From: Verrucomicrobiota bacterium
Lineage (GTDB): Bacteria > Verrucomicrobiota > Verrucomicrobiia > Opitutales > Coraliomargaritaceae
Reading direction: 5' to 3'
Length of the DNA stretch: 24,000 nucleotides
Assembly: GCA_039815375.1 (NCBI GenBank)
Contig: JBCBZJ010000013.1
Span: 56,957-80,956, forward strand
Shown: one piece after another, positions 1 to 8,457 of the stretch
How the letters are laid out: each line of letters starts with the position of its first letter
How positions within the stretch are numbered: position 1 is the first letter of the stretch
Notes under the pieces: model-generated
Seen by the model: the letters and a program-made list of their open reading frames with translations, nothing else
Database searches by the model: none
What the model was told of the DNA's origin: nothing
Program-made: the position numbers and the translations under genes

Positions 1-445
1 CGAGCAGCTGCTTGAAAACAGGCTCTCGGTCCTGCACCCGGCGCTGGCTTACGCAATCGCTAAGTAGAGTGACTCCCATGTCGTCGCCGAGGGCCTGAAC
101 TGCGGTCTGATAAATACAGATCGGCACTTCGATACCGATAAGAAGCAGGTGATCGATTTGATTGGCCTCTATCCATCGACTCAGCCCATCGGCCTCCATA
201 GCTGAGAATGCGTTTTTAGAAAAAACAGGTGTGTCGTCTGTCCAGAGTTCTGTCAGGGCCTGGGTCGTTCCGCCGAGCTTTTCGGGAAACTGCTCCGTGG
301 CTGCAATGGAAACTCCCAGTGACTCAGCGGCCTCAATCGCGAAGCCGCAACGCTGAAGAAGCGCTTCCCGGTCGGGTATGACTTTGAGAAAGTTCTCCTG
401 CATGTCGACACAGAGTAGACCGAGGTGTTCGATTGGATTGCTCAT
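1..445 (-). CDS. isochorismatase-family (cysteine) hydrolase, C-terminus cut by window edge
   Basis: Absent from the ORF track because there is no stop codon in the window. Manual minus-strand translation from ATG at 445-443 gives MSNPIEHLGLLCVDMQENFLKVIPDREALLQRCGFAIEAAESLGVSIAATEQFPEKLGG...FSKNAFSA...HLLLIGIEVPICIYQTAVQALGDD..., open to position 1. Asp (CVDMQ), Lys (SKNAF) and Cys (VPICI) sit where the isochorismatase-like catalytic triad is expected. It lies 15 bp downstream of the co-directional phosphoesterase gene. Confidence 0.75.
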   Translation of the reverse strand, partial: MSNPIEHLGLLCVDMQENFLKVIPDREALLQRCGFAIEAAESLGVSIAATEQFPEKLGGTTQALTELWTDDTPVFSKNAFSAMEADGLSRWIEANQIDHLLLIGIEVPICIYQTAVQALGDDMGVTLLSDCVSQRRVQDREPVFKQLL

Positions 446-460
446 GGGATTGAAAAAGGG

Positions 461-1141
461 TCAAACTGGATTAGGAAGACGTTTGCTGTGGGCGTAGGCT
501 TTTTTAGCCCGGACTTGGACGAGGCTTTGATCGTCGGTTATGTAAGCAGTGAGATGTCCTCCGTAGACGCAACCTGTATCAATGCCAATGGATCCGGGGT
601 GTTTGAGGACGGACGGTCGGGGGGTGTGGCCGTAGATTACGAAGGGTTTTCCGGGCCAAACGTCTGCCCAGGACGGAGCGTCCGGCGCATCAGAACGTTT
701 GGCGGAAGAGCCGTCTCTATCGATTACCTGTATGGTGGTAATGATGTCGATATCCTGTTTTTGCCAGGGTTGGTCTGGTAGGAAGCCACCGTGAACCATG
801 ACGGTATCGCTGGTATTGCCGTATTTGAACTTCGACAGGCTGCCCAGATAGTCCCAGTCCTCATCACTGAGCTGGGCCATGGTTGCATAATCATAGTCCT
901 TAACCAGGTCGAGCCGGCCTTCGCGTTTTATCCGCAGCAGCCTCAGTTCATGGTTACCAAGGATCGCCTCGACCTTGTATTCGCGGGCGAGGCGAATCAC
1001 GCGTTGGCTTTCGGGCCCTCGATTCACGAGGTCGCCGAGCTGCACAACCCGGTCTTTCGGCTTGAGCTTTAAAGCCTTGAGGAGCTCTTCAAACTCATCC
1101 GCGCAGCCGTGGACATCTCCGATGGCAATGGTTCTGGACAT
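461..1141 (-). CDS. metallophosphoesterase, ApaH/PrpA-like Ser/Thr phosphatase or diadenosine tetraphosphatase family
   Basis: 226 aa ORF with the calcineurin-like phosphoesterase motifs GDVHG, GDLVNRGP, GNHE and HGG in canonical order. Confidence 0.85.
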   Translation of the reverse strand: MSRTIAIGDVHGCADEFEELLKALKLKPKDRVVQLGDLVNRGPESQRVIRLAREYKVEAILGNHELRLLRIKREGRLDLVKDYDYATMAQLSDEDWDYLGSLSKFKYGNTSDTVMVHGGFLPDQPWQKQDIDIITTIQVIDRDGSSAKRSDAPDAPSWADVWPGKPFVIYGHTPRPSVLKHPGSIGIDTGCVYGGHLTAYITDDQSLVQVRAKKAYAHSKRLPNPV

Positions 1142-1307
1142 TTACAATAGGTTAGCACTGTGAGGAGTGACCGAGGTTTGTTCCGTCTTCTTTGGCTGCA
1201 AGTTTTTTTGAGCCTTTGGGGCATTATTTCAGTGGAGGTGCATCGACCGACTGGTTTTAGTTGCAACATGATAGTCGCATCTCAGTCTCAAGTGACGGTA
1301 ATATCTC
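1142..1307. promoter_or_regulatory. divergent intergenic region (promoters for the phosphoesterase operon and the 1308 gene presumed)
   Basis: 166-bp non-coding gap between divergently oriented start codons. No specific -35/-10 elements could be assigned with confidence. Confidence 0.3.
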
Positions 1308-1805
1308 ATGGATTGGCAGATCAAAACCCTCTCTCGTAAGTCCTCGCATTCGGGCAATGCATTTCAGCCCGGTGACAAGGCGGTATCGCTTGTTTATGTC
1401 GACGATGCGGCCGGCGAGCTCGGACGGGCCGATTTGCTGGCATCGGAATTAGAAGAATACGAACTTCCCGGTCCGATCCTGGGACGCTGGACCCGTGTGA
1501 TGAAGGATCCGGATGACGAGTCTGCAGGCGCGAGTGATACTCTGGCCTCAGCAGAGGATTTCTTCTTTTCCCTTTTTGAGAACGAAGCGACTCAACCAAA
1601 CGAGGAATCAGAGATAATAAAGCATCTACTTGCGCTCTTTTTGGAGAGGAAACGGGTTTTACGTGCCATCGCTCCAAGACAAACCATTGGCTCTCAGCGT
1701 TACCTTCATGTAAAAACCAAACAGGAGATCAATGTTACGGTTTCTGAAATCTCGCGTGATTTGATGCTTAAGATCGAAGACACCCTCGGCGATATCATGT
1801 TTTAA
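1308..1805 (+). CDS. hypothetical protein (acidic, no recognisable domain)
   Basis: 165 aa ORF. It is followed after 9 bp by a co-directional lipoprotein gene. The acidic central region (DPDDESAGASD...NEATQPNEESE) and the C-terminal LLALFLERKRVLR segment did not let me recognise any family. Confidence 0.5.
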   Translation: MDWQIKTLSRKSSHSGNAFQPGDKAVSLVYVDDAAGELGRADLLASELEEYELPGPILGRWTRVMKDPDDESAGASDTLASAEDFFFSLFENEATQPNEESEIIKHLLALFLERKRVLRAIAPRQTIGSQRYLHVKTKQEINVTVSEISRDLMLKIEDTLGDIMF

Positions 1806-1814
1806 TCGGTAGCT

Positions 1815-2306
1815 ATGAAGAACGGAATTTTTTTGACCATTCTGGCGCTAGTTCTCCTTTCGGGTTGCAGGAAGGATGATGTAGATTTGGACAATCTGAA
1901 GGTGCCGCGGCTGATGATCGAGTCGAGGGGGGTGAATTACGGTAACCTCAGTGGCGATATCGTGGGACTGCCCGTCAGTGGAACGCGTATTACTCTTCAG
2001 AAGGAGCCTTTGGTTAACGAGTTCGACATTATGAATGTCGAGTTGGTTAAGGTCGAGATGGGTCTGGCTCTTTTAATACAGATGAATGATAAGGGCTCCA
2101 GAGCACTCTATCGCGGCACAGTTACAAATATGGGCGGACGTATCGTCCTCACGGTCAATGGAAACCCGATCGGGGCCAGACGTATCGACGGAGCGATTCA
2201 GGATGGTAATCTCTATACCTTTGTAGAGATTGATGATGATGAGATTGGTCAGCTTGTGCTTGATTTGAAAGACAGCATTGAAAAGTTGAAGCTGATAGAC
2301 GAGTAG
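1815..2306 (+). CDS. lipoprotein, possible SecDF P1-head-like domain
   Basis: 163 aa with signal peptide plus lipobox MKNGIFLTILALVLLSGC. The C-terminal segment GRIVLTVNGNPIGARRIDGAIQDGNLYTFVEIDDDEIGQLVLDLK resembles the SecD P1-head pattern. That resemblance is judged by eye only. Confidence 0.6.
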   Translation: MKNGIFLTILALVLLSGCRKDDVDLDNLKVPRLMIESRGVNYGNLSGDIVGLPVSGTRITLQKEPLVNEFDIMNVELVKVEMGLALLIQMNDKGSRALYRGTVTNMGGRIVLTVNGNPIGARRIDGAIQDGNLYTFVEIDDDEIGQLVLDLKDSIEKLKLIDE

Positions 2307-2314
2307 CCTCGATC

Positions 2315-3331
2315 ATGCCTGTGCGTATCACCACGCTTTTGTTTGGCATCATGCTTCCGCTTTGCGCGATTGCTGCCACTGCCGGCTTAACCTGGCCGAC
2401 TCCGAATCCAGCCTTCCAAAAAGGAGAGCGACTAGAAGCATTTGTTCAGTCGACCGTTTCCGGCAGGGTCGAATCAGGTCTTTTCGGTTGTGTTCGGAAT
2501 GGTGGGGCGAAATTTCATGAAGGACTTGATCTCTTTCCCATTAAACGTGATGCACGCGGTGAGGCGGCGGACCCGGTTTATGCTATTCTACCGGGTCGGG
2601 TGGTTCATGTCAGTCGAACTTCAGGGCATAGCAGTTATGGACGCTATTTGATCATTGAACATGAGGGCGAGTCGCCGGCTTTTCATTCGCTCTATGCGCA
2701 CATGGCATCAATCGATCCATTGATTCAGGTTGGCCGTCTTGTTGATTCCGGCAGTATAGTTGGCGTCATGGGCAGATCGGCATCCGGCTATTCGATTCCG
2801 CGCTCACGGGCACACCTGCATCTGGAAATTGGGTTTCGGCTGAGTGATGATTTTCAGGCGTGGTATGACAGGCAGAAGTTTAAGAGTAAAAATCGGCATG
2901 GGAATTGGAATGGCATGAACCTGATGAGTGTTGATCCGCTGGGGTTTTATCAGGCAATGCGGGCTGGTGAAGTTCGCAGCTTTCAGGAGTATTTGAAGGG
3001 GTTGCCCGTTGCTGCCAGAATTCGTGTGTTTAGCGCTAAAGTGCCGGATTTTGTGCGTAACTTTCCTGCTTTGACGACTCGGTCTCACGATGCGGGACAG
3101 TTGGTTGGTTGGGATATCGCCTTCACTCAGTTTGGCGTGCCTAAAGAGTGGACCCCGCGGTTCGCCGATGAAGGCCTCAAGGGCAAAGCAGGCGAAGTCC
3201 GCTTGCTGACCTATAGCCCGGATCTTTTGGCGGATCAGAGCTGTAGGCGTGTTGTGAATCTTGGAGGTCGTATACCGTCGATTACGCCGGGAACTGTTAC
3301 GATTCTGAAAAAGCTCTTTGGGTTCAGATGA
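2315..3331 (+). CDS. M23 (LytM-type) metallopeptidase with ~150 aa uncharacterised C-terminal extension
   Basis: 338 aa with an N-terminal signal-like segment LLFGIMLPLCAIAATAG. M23 zinc motifs HEGLDL (HxxxD) and AHLHLEIG (HxH) are present, with the YAHM segment between them. Confidence 0.85.
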   Translation: MPVRITTLLFGIMLPLCAIAATAGLTWPTPNPAFQKGERLEAFVQSTVSGRVESGLFGCVRNGGAKFHEGLDLFPIKRDARGEAADPVYAILPGRVVHVSRTSGHSSYGRYLIIEHEGESPAFHSLYAHMASIDPLIQVGRLVDSGSIVGVMGRSASGYSIPRSRAHLHLEIGFRLSDDFQAWYDRQKFKSKNRHGNWNGMNLMSVDPLGFYQAMRAGEVRSFQEYLKGLPVAARIRVFSAKVPDFVRNFPALTTRSHDAGQLVGWDIAFTQFGVPKEWTPRFADEGLKGKAGEVRLLTYSPDLLADQSCRRVVNLGGRIPSITPGTVTILKKLFGFR

Positions 3332-3337
3332 CTTCCT

Positions 3338-4036
3338 TTAGAGCGCGTAGTCTTCTTTTGCGATGCAGACTACGAATTCTCCTTTCTGGCTGCCTTTGGC
3401 GACTTGGTTCAGCACCTCGGCAGCCTGCCCGGAGTAGACGGTTTCGTGCAGCTTCGTCAGTTCGCGTGATACGCTGATACTTCGATCTGGTCCGAGTGTG
3501 TGGACAAGGTCGTCGAGGAACTTTCCGATCCGGTGGCAGGATTCATAGAGCACAATGCTGTATTCGAAATTCTGATACTTCTCAAAGAAGCGTATCCGCG
3601 CAGCACTTTTGGGAGGCAAGAATCCGGCAAAGAGAAAGCCATCGGTCGGTAGACCGGAAATCGCAATTGCAGTTGCCGCTGCGGTTGCTCCTGGCATGCA
3701 GCTCACCCGTAGATTCCGGCGTTTGCATTCGCGCACCAGGCGAAAGCCCGGATCACTTATGGCTGGCATTCCGGCGTCGGAGACCAGAGCAATGGATTCG
3801 CCTGAGGCAATCCGGTCGGCTAGCTCTGGTGCCATGCGCTTCTCATTTTCCTCTCGATAGGAGATGAGGGCTGCAGTTTTTTCGACTCCGAGCTTACTCA
3901 GCAGTTTTCCAGTCAAACGAGTATCTTCACAGGCGATAGAATGTGCGTTCCTGAGTGCTTCAAGTGCTCTGGGAGTGTGGTCGCCAAGGTTACCGATCGG
4001 TGTAGCGACGAGAATTAGAAACCCATGGGTTGTCAT
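3338..4036 (-). CDS. rsmI: 16S rRNA (cytidine1402-2'-O)-methyltransferase
   Basis: 232 aa. The N-terminus LILVATPIGNLGDHTPRALEALRNAHSIACEDTRLTGKLL is the characteristic RsmI / tetrapyrrole-methylase-fold signature. SDAGMPAISDPG is also present. Confidence 0.9.
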   Translation of the reverse strand: MTTHGFLILVATPIGNLGDHTPRALEALRNAHSIACEDTRLTGKLLSKLGVEKTAALISYREENEKRMAPELADRIASGESIALVSDAGMPAISDPGFRLVRECKRRNLRVSCMPGATAAATAIAISGLPTDGFLFAGFLPPKSAARIRFFEKYQNFEYSIVLYESCHRIGKFLDDLVHTLGPDRSISVSRELTKLHETVYSGQAAEVLNQVAKGSQKGEFVVCIAKEDYAL

Positions 4037-4186
4037 AACTTATTCACCGATAAGGGACATATTTTTCTGGTGATTGTTTGATAGATGTTTTTATCTCCTT
4101 AAGACGATGGAAGTAGTTCATCTGAACTAAGCCCGGCCATTGAAGTACTCTCATACCCTCGCACCTATTCAGCCTGTTGCCAAGCT
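4037..4186. promoter_or_regulatory. divergent intergenic region (rsmI / hybrid kinase promoters presumed)
   Basis: 150-bp AT-enriched gap between divergent start codons. No specific operator was identified. Confidence 0.3.
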
Positions 4187-6220
4187 ATGTCTGATTCTGA
4201 AAAGACGATTGCCGACTTAAAGATTAGGCTGGCCGCAAGGGAGGCCGAGTTGCGGCTTCTCAGATCTCAATTTGAAGAACTTGAGCAAAATGTCGGTTCG
4301 ACCACTTCCGTGGAGTCGGATCTGATGCATGAAATTCAATTTGACGGGGCCAAACTCGCATCCGTCGGTGCCTGGAATCACAATTTGGAGACCGATCGAA
4401 TCCATTGGACTGAAGAGGTTTTTAAAATCCATGCGATCGAGCCGGGCTCGGTTCCACCCCATGAGGAGTGTCTAGCGTTCTATTCGAAGAAAGATCGGGC
4501 CCGGGTTGCGGCGGCAGTAAAAAAGCTGGCAGAGGAATCAGAACCTTATGACATGGAGTGTGACTTCATTGATGCTAAGGGCGCGCATCGGTTTGTTCAT
4601 ATAAAAGGGCAGGTCCACAGTAGCAAAGATGGCAAACCAACCGCCCTTTCAGGTATAATCCAAGACATTACAAATCAATATGTCATGAAGCGCGGGATGG
4701 AAGCATTCTTCACGCTGACACCTGATTTAATTGGTGCGATCGACTATGATTCCCGCCCGGTTACGTTGAGTCCTTCTTGGCAGAGTTTGCTTGGATGGAC
4801 TCAGCATGAAATGATTCACATGGGCGTAGACTGCGTGGTTCATGAGAAAGACAGACAGCCGATGGGAGTGGTGTTCAAACGCGCGATCGCTTCAGGTAAA
4901 ATTGAGTCTCTCGAAAACCGTGTCGTCTCAAAGGAAGGAGAAGAGTATTGGTATTCATGGCGTCTTTTTGCCGATCCGTCGACCGAGCTGGTTTTTATTG
5001 CTGCGCGCGATCTCACTCGACAGAAAAATACAGAGAAAGCACTGAAAGATGCAAAGATTCAGTCGGAGGCGGCGAATCAGGCTAAGTCCGACTTTCTTGC
5101 CATCATGAGTCATGAACTGCGCACGCCACTGAATCCGATCCTGGGCTTTGCAGATCTGTTATTGTCGGAGCTGGAAGACCCCGAGCATCTGGAGATCCTG
5201 GACGCAATCAGCTGTGCGGGACAATGTTTGACCACTGTGATCGGTGACGTGCTTGATTTCGCTAAGATTGAATCGGGCAATGTTCAGCTCTCTGAGGATA
5301 CCTTCGATCTCCAAGTAATACTCGAAAAGAGTCTGAGGTTAATGGAAGGGCAGATAAAAGTTAAGCCGGTCAAGCTTTCGATGAATTTCGAAAAGTCAGC
5401 GGATATTCCTGACGACTGTCGCTTTATCGGGGACTCCGATAAGATTTCACAGGTTCTTTTCAATCTGCTTGATAACGCGATAAAGTTTACTGAGAAGGGT
5501 TCGGTGGTGCTTGACAGTTCTCTTGTAACGACGGGCGACGGTCGGGTGCTCTGCCATGTCGAGGTGCGCGACACCGGCATTGGTATCGCGGAGAGCTCAC
5601 AAGAGACGATCTTTCAACCTTTCATCATGGGTGATAGTTCTTCGACCCGACGCTATGGCGGGACAGGCTTGGGCTTGGCGATTAGCAAAAAGCTGGTCGA
5701 ACTGATGGGCGGAACGATTAGCGCTAAAAGTGTGCTCAACAAGGGCACCTGCATGTCTTTCACGCTGCCTTTGAAATTGGAGAGGCTGGCTTCTCAGATA
5801 CCGAAGTTGAGTGAAGGTGTTTCCGAGATTTTCATTGAAGGTAAGCATCACGTTTTGTTGGTGGAGGATAATGCCACTAATATTTTTTATATTCGTAGAC
5901 TGATGGAGCGCATGGGTTGCGAGGTCACGAGTGTAGCAAGTGGAGAAGAAGCTATGGCCGAGTATAAGCCCGGTCTGTATGATCTGTTACTGTTGGATAT
6001 TCACATGCCGGGAATGAGCGGTGTAGATGTGTTGCGGGACATACGAGAGGATGAAGCTCAATATGGATTCACCAAGTTACCGATTGTGATGCTTACTGCC
6101 GACGTTCTTCCTGCAACGCGCCAGCAATGCATGAAGTATGGTGCCGACGGTTTTCTGATCAAGCCGGTCCGGGCGCAGGAGTTGTTCGATGCGGTCAGTC
6201 TAGTGCTTGAGAGCAATTGA
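4187..6220 (+). CDS. cytoplasmic hybrid sensor histidine kinase / response regulator (coiled coil, 2 PAS, HisKA, HATPase, REC)
   Basis: 677 aa with no TM segment. It has an N-terminal coiled coil (LKIRLAAREAELRLLRSQFEELEQ) and PAS-like WNHNLETDRIHWTEEVFKIH. Kinase motifs are the H-box SDFLAIMSHELRTPLNPILGF, N-box LFNLLDNAIKFT, G1 VRDTGIGI and G2 GGTGLGLAISKKLV. The C-terminal receiver is VLLVEDNATN...LLLLDIHMPGMSG...FLIKP. Confidence 0.9.
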   Translation: MSDSEKTIADLKIRLAAREAELRLLRSQFEELEQNVGSTTSVESDLMHEIQFDGAKLASVGAWNHNLETDRIHWTEEVFKIHAIEPGSVPPHEECLAFYSKKDRARVAAAVKKLAEESEPYDMECDFIDAKGAHRFVHIKGQVHSSKDGKPTALSGIIQDITNQYVMKRGMEAFFTLTPDLIGAIDYDSRPVTLSPSWQSLLGWTQHEMIHMGVDCVVHEKDRQPMGVVFKRAIASGKIESLENRVVSKEGEEYWYSWRLFADPSTELVFIAARDLTRQKNTEKALKDAKIQSEAANQAKSDFLAIMSHELRTPLNPILGFADLLLSELEDPEHLEILDAISCAGQCLTTVIGDVLDFAKIESGNVQLSEDTFDLQVILEKSLRLMEGQIKVKPVKLSMNFEKSADIPDDCRFIGDSDKISQVLFNLLDNAIKFTEKGSVVLDSSLVTTGDGRVLCHVEVRDTGIGIAESSQETIFQPFIMGDSSSTRRYGGTGLGLAISKKLVELMGGTISAKSVLNKGTCMSFTLPLKLERLASQIPKLSEGVSEIFIEGKHHVLLVEDNATNIFYIRRLMERMGCEVTSVASGEEAMAEYKPGLYDLLLLDIHMPGMSGVDVLRDIREDEAQYGFTKLPIVMLTADVLPATRQQCMKYGADGFLIKPVRAQELFDAVSLVLESN

Positions 6221-6268
6221 TGCGCAAGCGTGGTTGTCTTTTGCTGTTCGGCTATCAATCTTCACCGC

Positions 6269-6643
6269 ATGGAAATTGAGACCTTCCCTAATCCGAGCCC
6301 TAAACGAAATTTTACGATTCAGCATATTCAGGAGGAATTTACTTCTACCTGCCCGATGACGGGGCATCCAGACTATGCGACTGTTGTTTTCAGCTACGCG
6401 CCGGATGAGATCTGTATCGAGTTAAAGTCGATGAAGCTCTACCTTCATAGCTTCCGCAACAAGGGTATTTTCTTCGAGGCTGCAACGAACAAAATTTTTG
6501 ACGATCTCTACGCGGCAATTCAGCCGCGCTGGGCGCGACTCGAAACGATCTGGCGTGGCCGCGGGGGTATTCGCTCCAATGTGGTGGTCGAAAGTCAGCA
6601 GGAAGGTTATTCGGGTCCGGTAACGGAGCCCTTCGGCGGCTAG
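6269..6643 (+). CDS. queF: NADPH-dependent 7-cyano-7-deazaguanine (preQ0) reductase, unimodular type
   Basis: Catalytic Cys context TSTCPMTGHPDYATV and the QueF motif IELKSMKLYLHSFRN are present. I prefer the ATG at 6269 (MEIETFPNP...) over the GTG at 6230 used by the ORF track, because the extension (VVFCCSAINLHR) looks non-native. Confidence 0.88.
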   Translation: MEIETFPNPSPKRNFTIQHIQEEFTSTCPMTGHPDYATVVFSYAPDEICIELKSMKLYLHSFRNKGIFFEAATNKIFDDLYAAIQPRWARLETIWRGRGGIRSNVVVESQQEGYSGPVTEPFGG

Positions 6644-7098
6644 GCAATTTCGAAGACTGCCTGCAGTTCGACTGTTGTGTCTTTCGGGAGGCCGGTTACT
6701 GCAACGGCAGCACGAGTGTGTCTTCCACGTTCACCGAGAACCTCGACGAGCGTATCAGATGCTCCGTTGATGACTGCAGGGCTGTCGGGGAATCCGGGCA
6801 CTGCATTGACGAAGCCGTTCAGCTGGGCAACTTGCTTGATCTGGTCGAGATCGCCGAGATGAGCCTTAGCGACGGCCAGAAGGTTTAGTGCGCAGATCCG
6901 GGCTGCAGCTTGGCCATAGGCAATGTCGTGTTCTTCTCCGACTTTTCCTGTGTGGGTCATTTCGCCAGCCACCAGGCAGATTGCGCCTGAAAGATAGAGA
7001 AGCTTTCCGGATTGATAGGCAGGCACATAGTTACCCGCAGGTGCGGGCGCTGGTGGTAGTTCGATGCCGAGTTCAGCGAGGTGCTCTTCAGTAGTCAT
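6640..7098 (-). CDS. RidA/YjgF/UK114-family protein
   Basis: 152 aa: LPPAPAPAGNYVPAYQSGKLLYLSGAI...GKVG...AARICALNLLA...RAAVAVTGLPKDTTVELQAVFEI. This is the typical RidA-family layout. Its stop codon overlaps the queF stop. Confidence 0.85.
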   Translation of the reverse strand: MTTEEHLAELGIELPPAPAPAGNYVPAYQSGKLLYLSGAICLVAGEMTHTGKVGEEHDIAYGQAAARICALNLLAVAKAHLGDLDQIKQVAQLNGFVNAVPGFPDSPAVINGASDTLVEVLGERGRHTRAAVAVTGLPKDTTVELQAVFEIA

Positions 7099-7143
7099 TA
7101 AAAGTTTGTTTAAAGGTGAGAGTGAAAGCTTGGAAAAGAAGAA

Positions 7144-8451
7144 TTATTTTGAATCAGGATAAGGTATTTCGCCTTCACTTCGGCCAATGACAACAGCACC
7201 GACCGTATCAGAAAAAACGTTCACGGAGGTGCGGCACATATCGAGAATACGGTCTGTTGCCCAGATCACGCCAATGGCTTCAACCGGAAGGCCAACAACT
7301 GGCAGAATCACCGCGATAGCCACTAGGCTTGCAGCCGGGATTCCGGCTACCCCAATACTGGTCGTTAGTGCGAGAAAGACGACCAGCAGTTGCTGGCCTA
7401 TATCCAAAGCGACGCCACCGGCTGATGCGTAGAGTTGTGAGATGAAGAGCACGACAACACACTCGTAGAGTGCCGTGCCATCCATATTGACGGTTGCGCC
7501 AAGCGGGAGTGTAAATGAACAGGTTTTCTTTGATATTTTGGCCTGATCCTTGACCGTATCCATAGTCAGGGGAAGTGTCGCGGAGGAACTTGCCGTGGAG
7601 AAGGCAGTGAGCAGAACGGGGCTCATCGCCTTGTAGTGAGTCAGCGGATTGAGACCACCAAATAATCTCAGAATCAAGCTTAGGTTGACGATGAAGTGCA
7701 GGGCCAGTGCGATCAATACTGTCAGAAAGAAGGCGAGTAGGGTGCCGACGAATTTGTCCAATGGAGCTTCGAGTAATTTGGGCGTGACCAGGCCGAAGAC
7801 GCCGATTGGCGCAAAGCGTATAATAAACTCGGTGAGCATGAGCATGACACTTTGCGTCCCATCCCAAAATTTCTGCTGTGCCTCTTTGAGGTCTGGGCTC
7901 AATTTGCCGATGAATAGCCCAAATAAAATCGAGAATGTGATGACGCCAAGAAGCTGCCCGTTATTGCTGGCGGCGTTGACGATGTTGGAAGGGAACATGC
8001 GAAGGAAAACCTCGACGATGTCTCCCGAATCTCGGCCCTCGACTTTGGCGGCCAGACCTTTTTCCACCGAAGTGATTTGCGCTTCACCGAGTAGGGCCTG
8101 AGCCGTTTCCGCGTCGACTTTTCCCGGGCCAATCACGTTGACTACAAGTAGTCCGATCATGACAGCAAGTGCTCCGCTAATTGTGTAGTAAAGTAAAGTT
8201 TTGCCTCCGATCCGCCCGACGCCCTTTTCTGCACCGAGATGCATTACGCCAGCGATAATCGAGGCGACGATCAAAGGCACAATGACCATTTTGAGGGCAT
8301 TCATAAAGAGATCACCGGAGAACTCACAGAAACCGAGTGTTGCCGAGCTGAATCCATCGCTCGAATTCGGAAGGATAAGCAGTCCAAAGAGGGCTGCGAA
8401 AGACAGAGCGAGGAAGATCTGCCAGTGGAGTTTCCAGCGAATCGGGTTCAT
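7144..8451 (-). CDS. dicarboxylate/amino acid:cation symporter (DAACS / GltP-SstT family)
   Basis: 435 aa polytopic membrane protein. Family-typical segments are FTLPLGATVNMDGTALYE and GIPAASLVAIAVIL...DRILDMCRTSVNVFSD. Confidence 0.9.
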   Translation of the reverse strand: MNPIRWKLHWQIFLALSFAALFGLLILPNSSDGFSSATLGFCEFSGDLFMNALKMVIVPLIVASIIAGVMHLGAEKGVGRIGGKTLLYYTISGALAVMIGLLVVNVIGPGKVDAETAQALLGEAQITSVEKGLAAKVEGRDSGDIVEVFLRMFPSNIVNAASNNGQLLGVITFSILFGLFIGKLSPDLKEAQQKFWDGTQSVMLMLTEFIIRFAPIGVFGLVTPKLLEAPLDKFVGTLLAFFLTVLIALALHFIVNLSLILRLFGGLNPLTHYKAMSPVLLTAFSTASSSATLPLTMDTVKDQAKISKKTCSFTLPLGATVNMDGTALYECVVVLFISQLYASAGGVALDIGQQLLVVFLALTTSIGVAGIPAASLVAIAVILPVVGLPVEAIGVIWATDRILDMCRTSVNVFSDTVGAVVIGRSEGEIPYPDSK

Positions 8452-8457
8452 AGTCTG

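Noticed and set aside
162-1163. Plus-strand ORFs 162..356, 425..781, 791..1072 and 975..1163
   Set aside because: They lie antisense to the isochorismatase-family and metallophosphoesterase genes, whose motif content is strong.
1260-1267. GTTGCAAC palindrome upstream of the 1308 gene and the similar GTTGTGCAAC at 13554..13563
   Set aside because: About 90 8-bp palindromes are expected by chance in 24 kb. The two sites are not identical, so there is no basis for calling a shared operator.
6230-6268. GTG-initiated N-terminal extension of queF in the ORF track
   Set aside because: The extension (VVFCCSAINLHR) starts 10 nt after the kinase stop and looks non-native. The ATG at 6269 gives a typical unimodular QueF length.
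6221-6268. Possible preQ1 riboswitch upstream of queF
   Set aside because: Only 48 nt are available, and no preQ1-I-like hairpin or A-rich tail is visible.
7280-8101. 195-aa minus-strand ORF (7280..7867) and 150-aa plus-strand ORF (7649..8101)
   Set aside because: Both are embedded in alternative frames of the DAACS symporter gene, which has a convincing full-length membrane-protein translation. Their composition is typical of out-of-frame reads.
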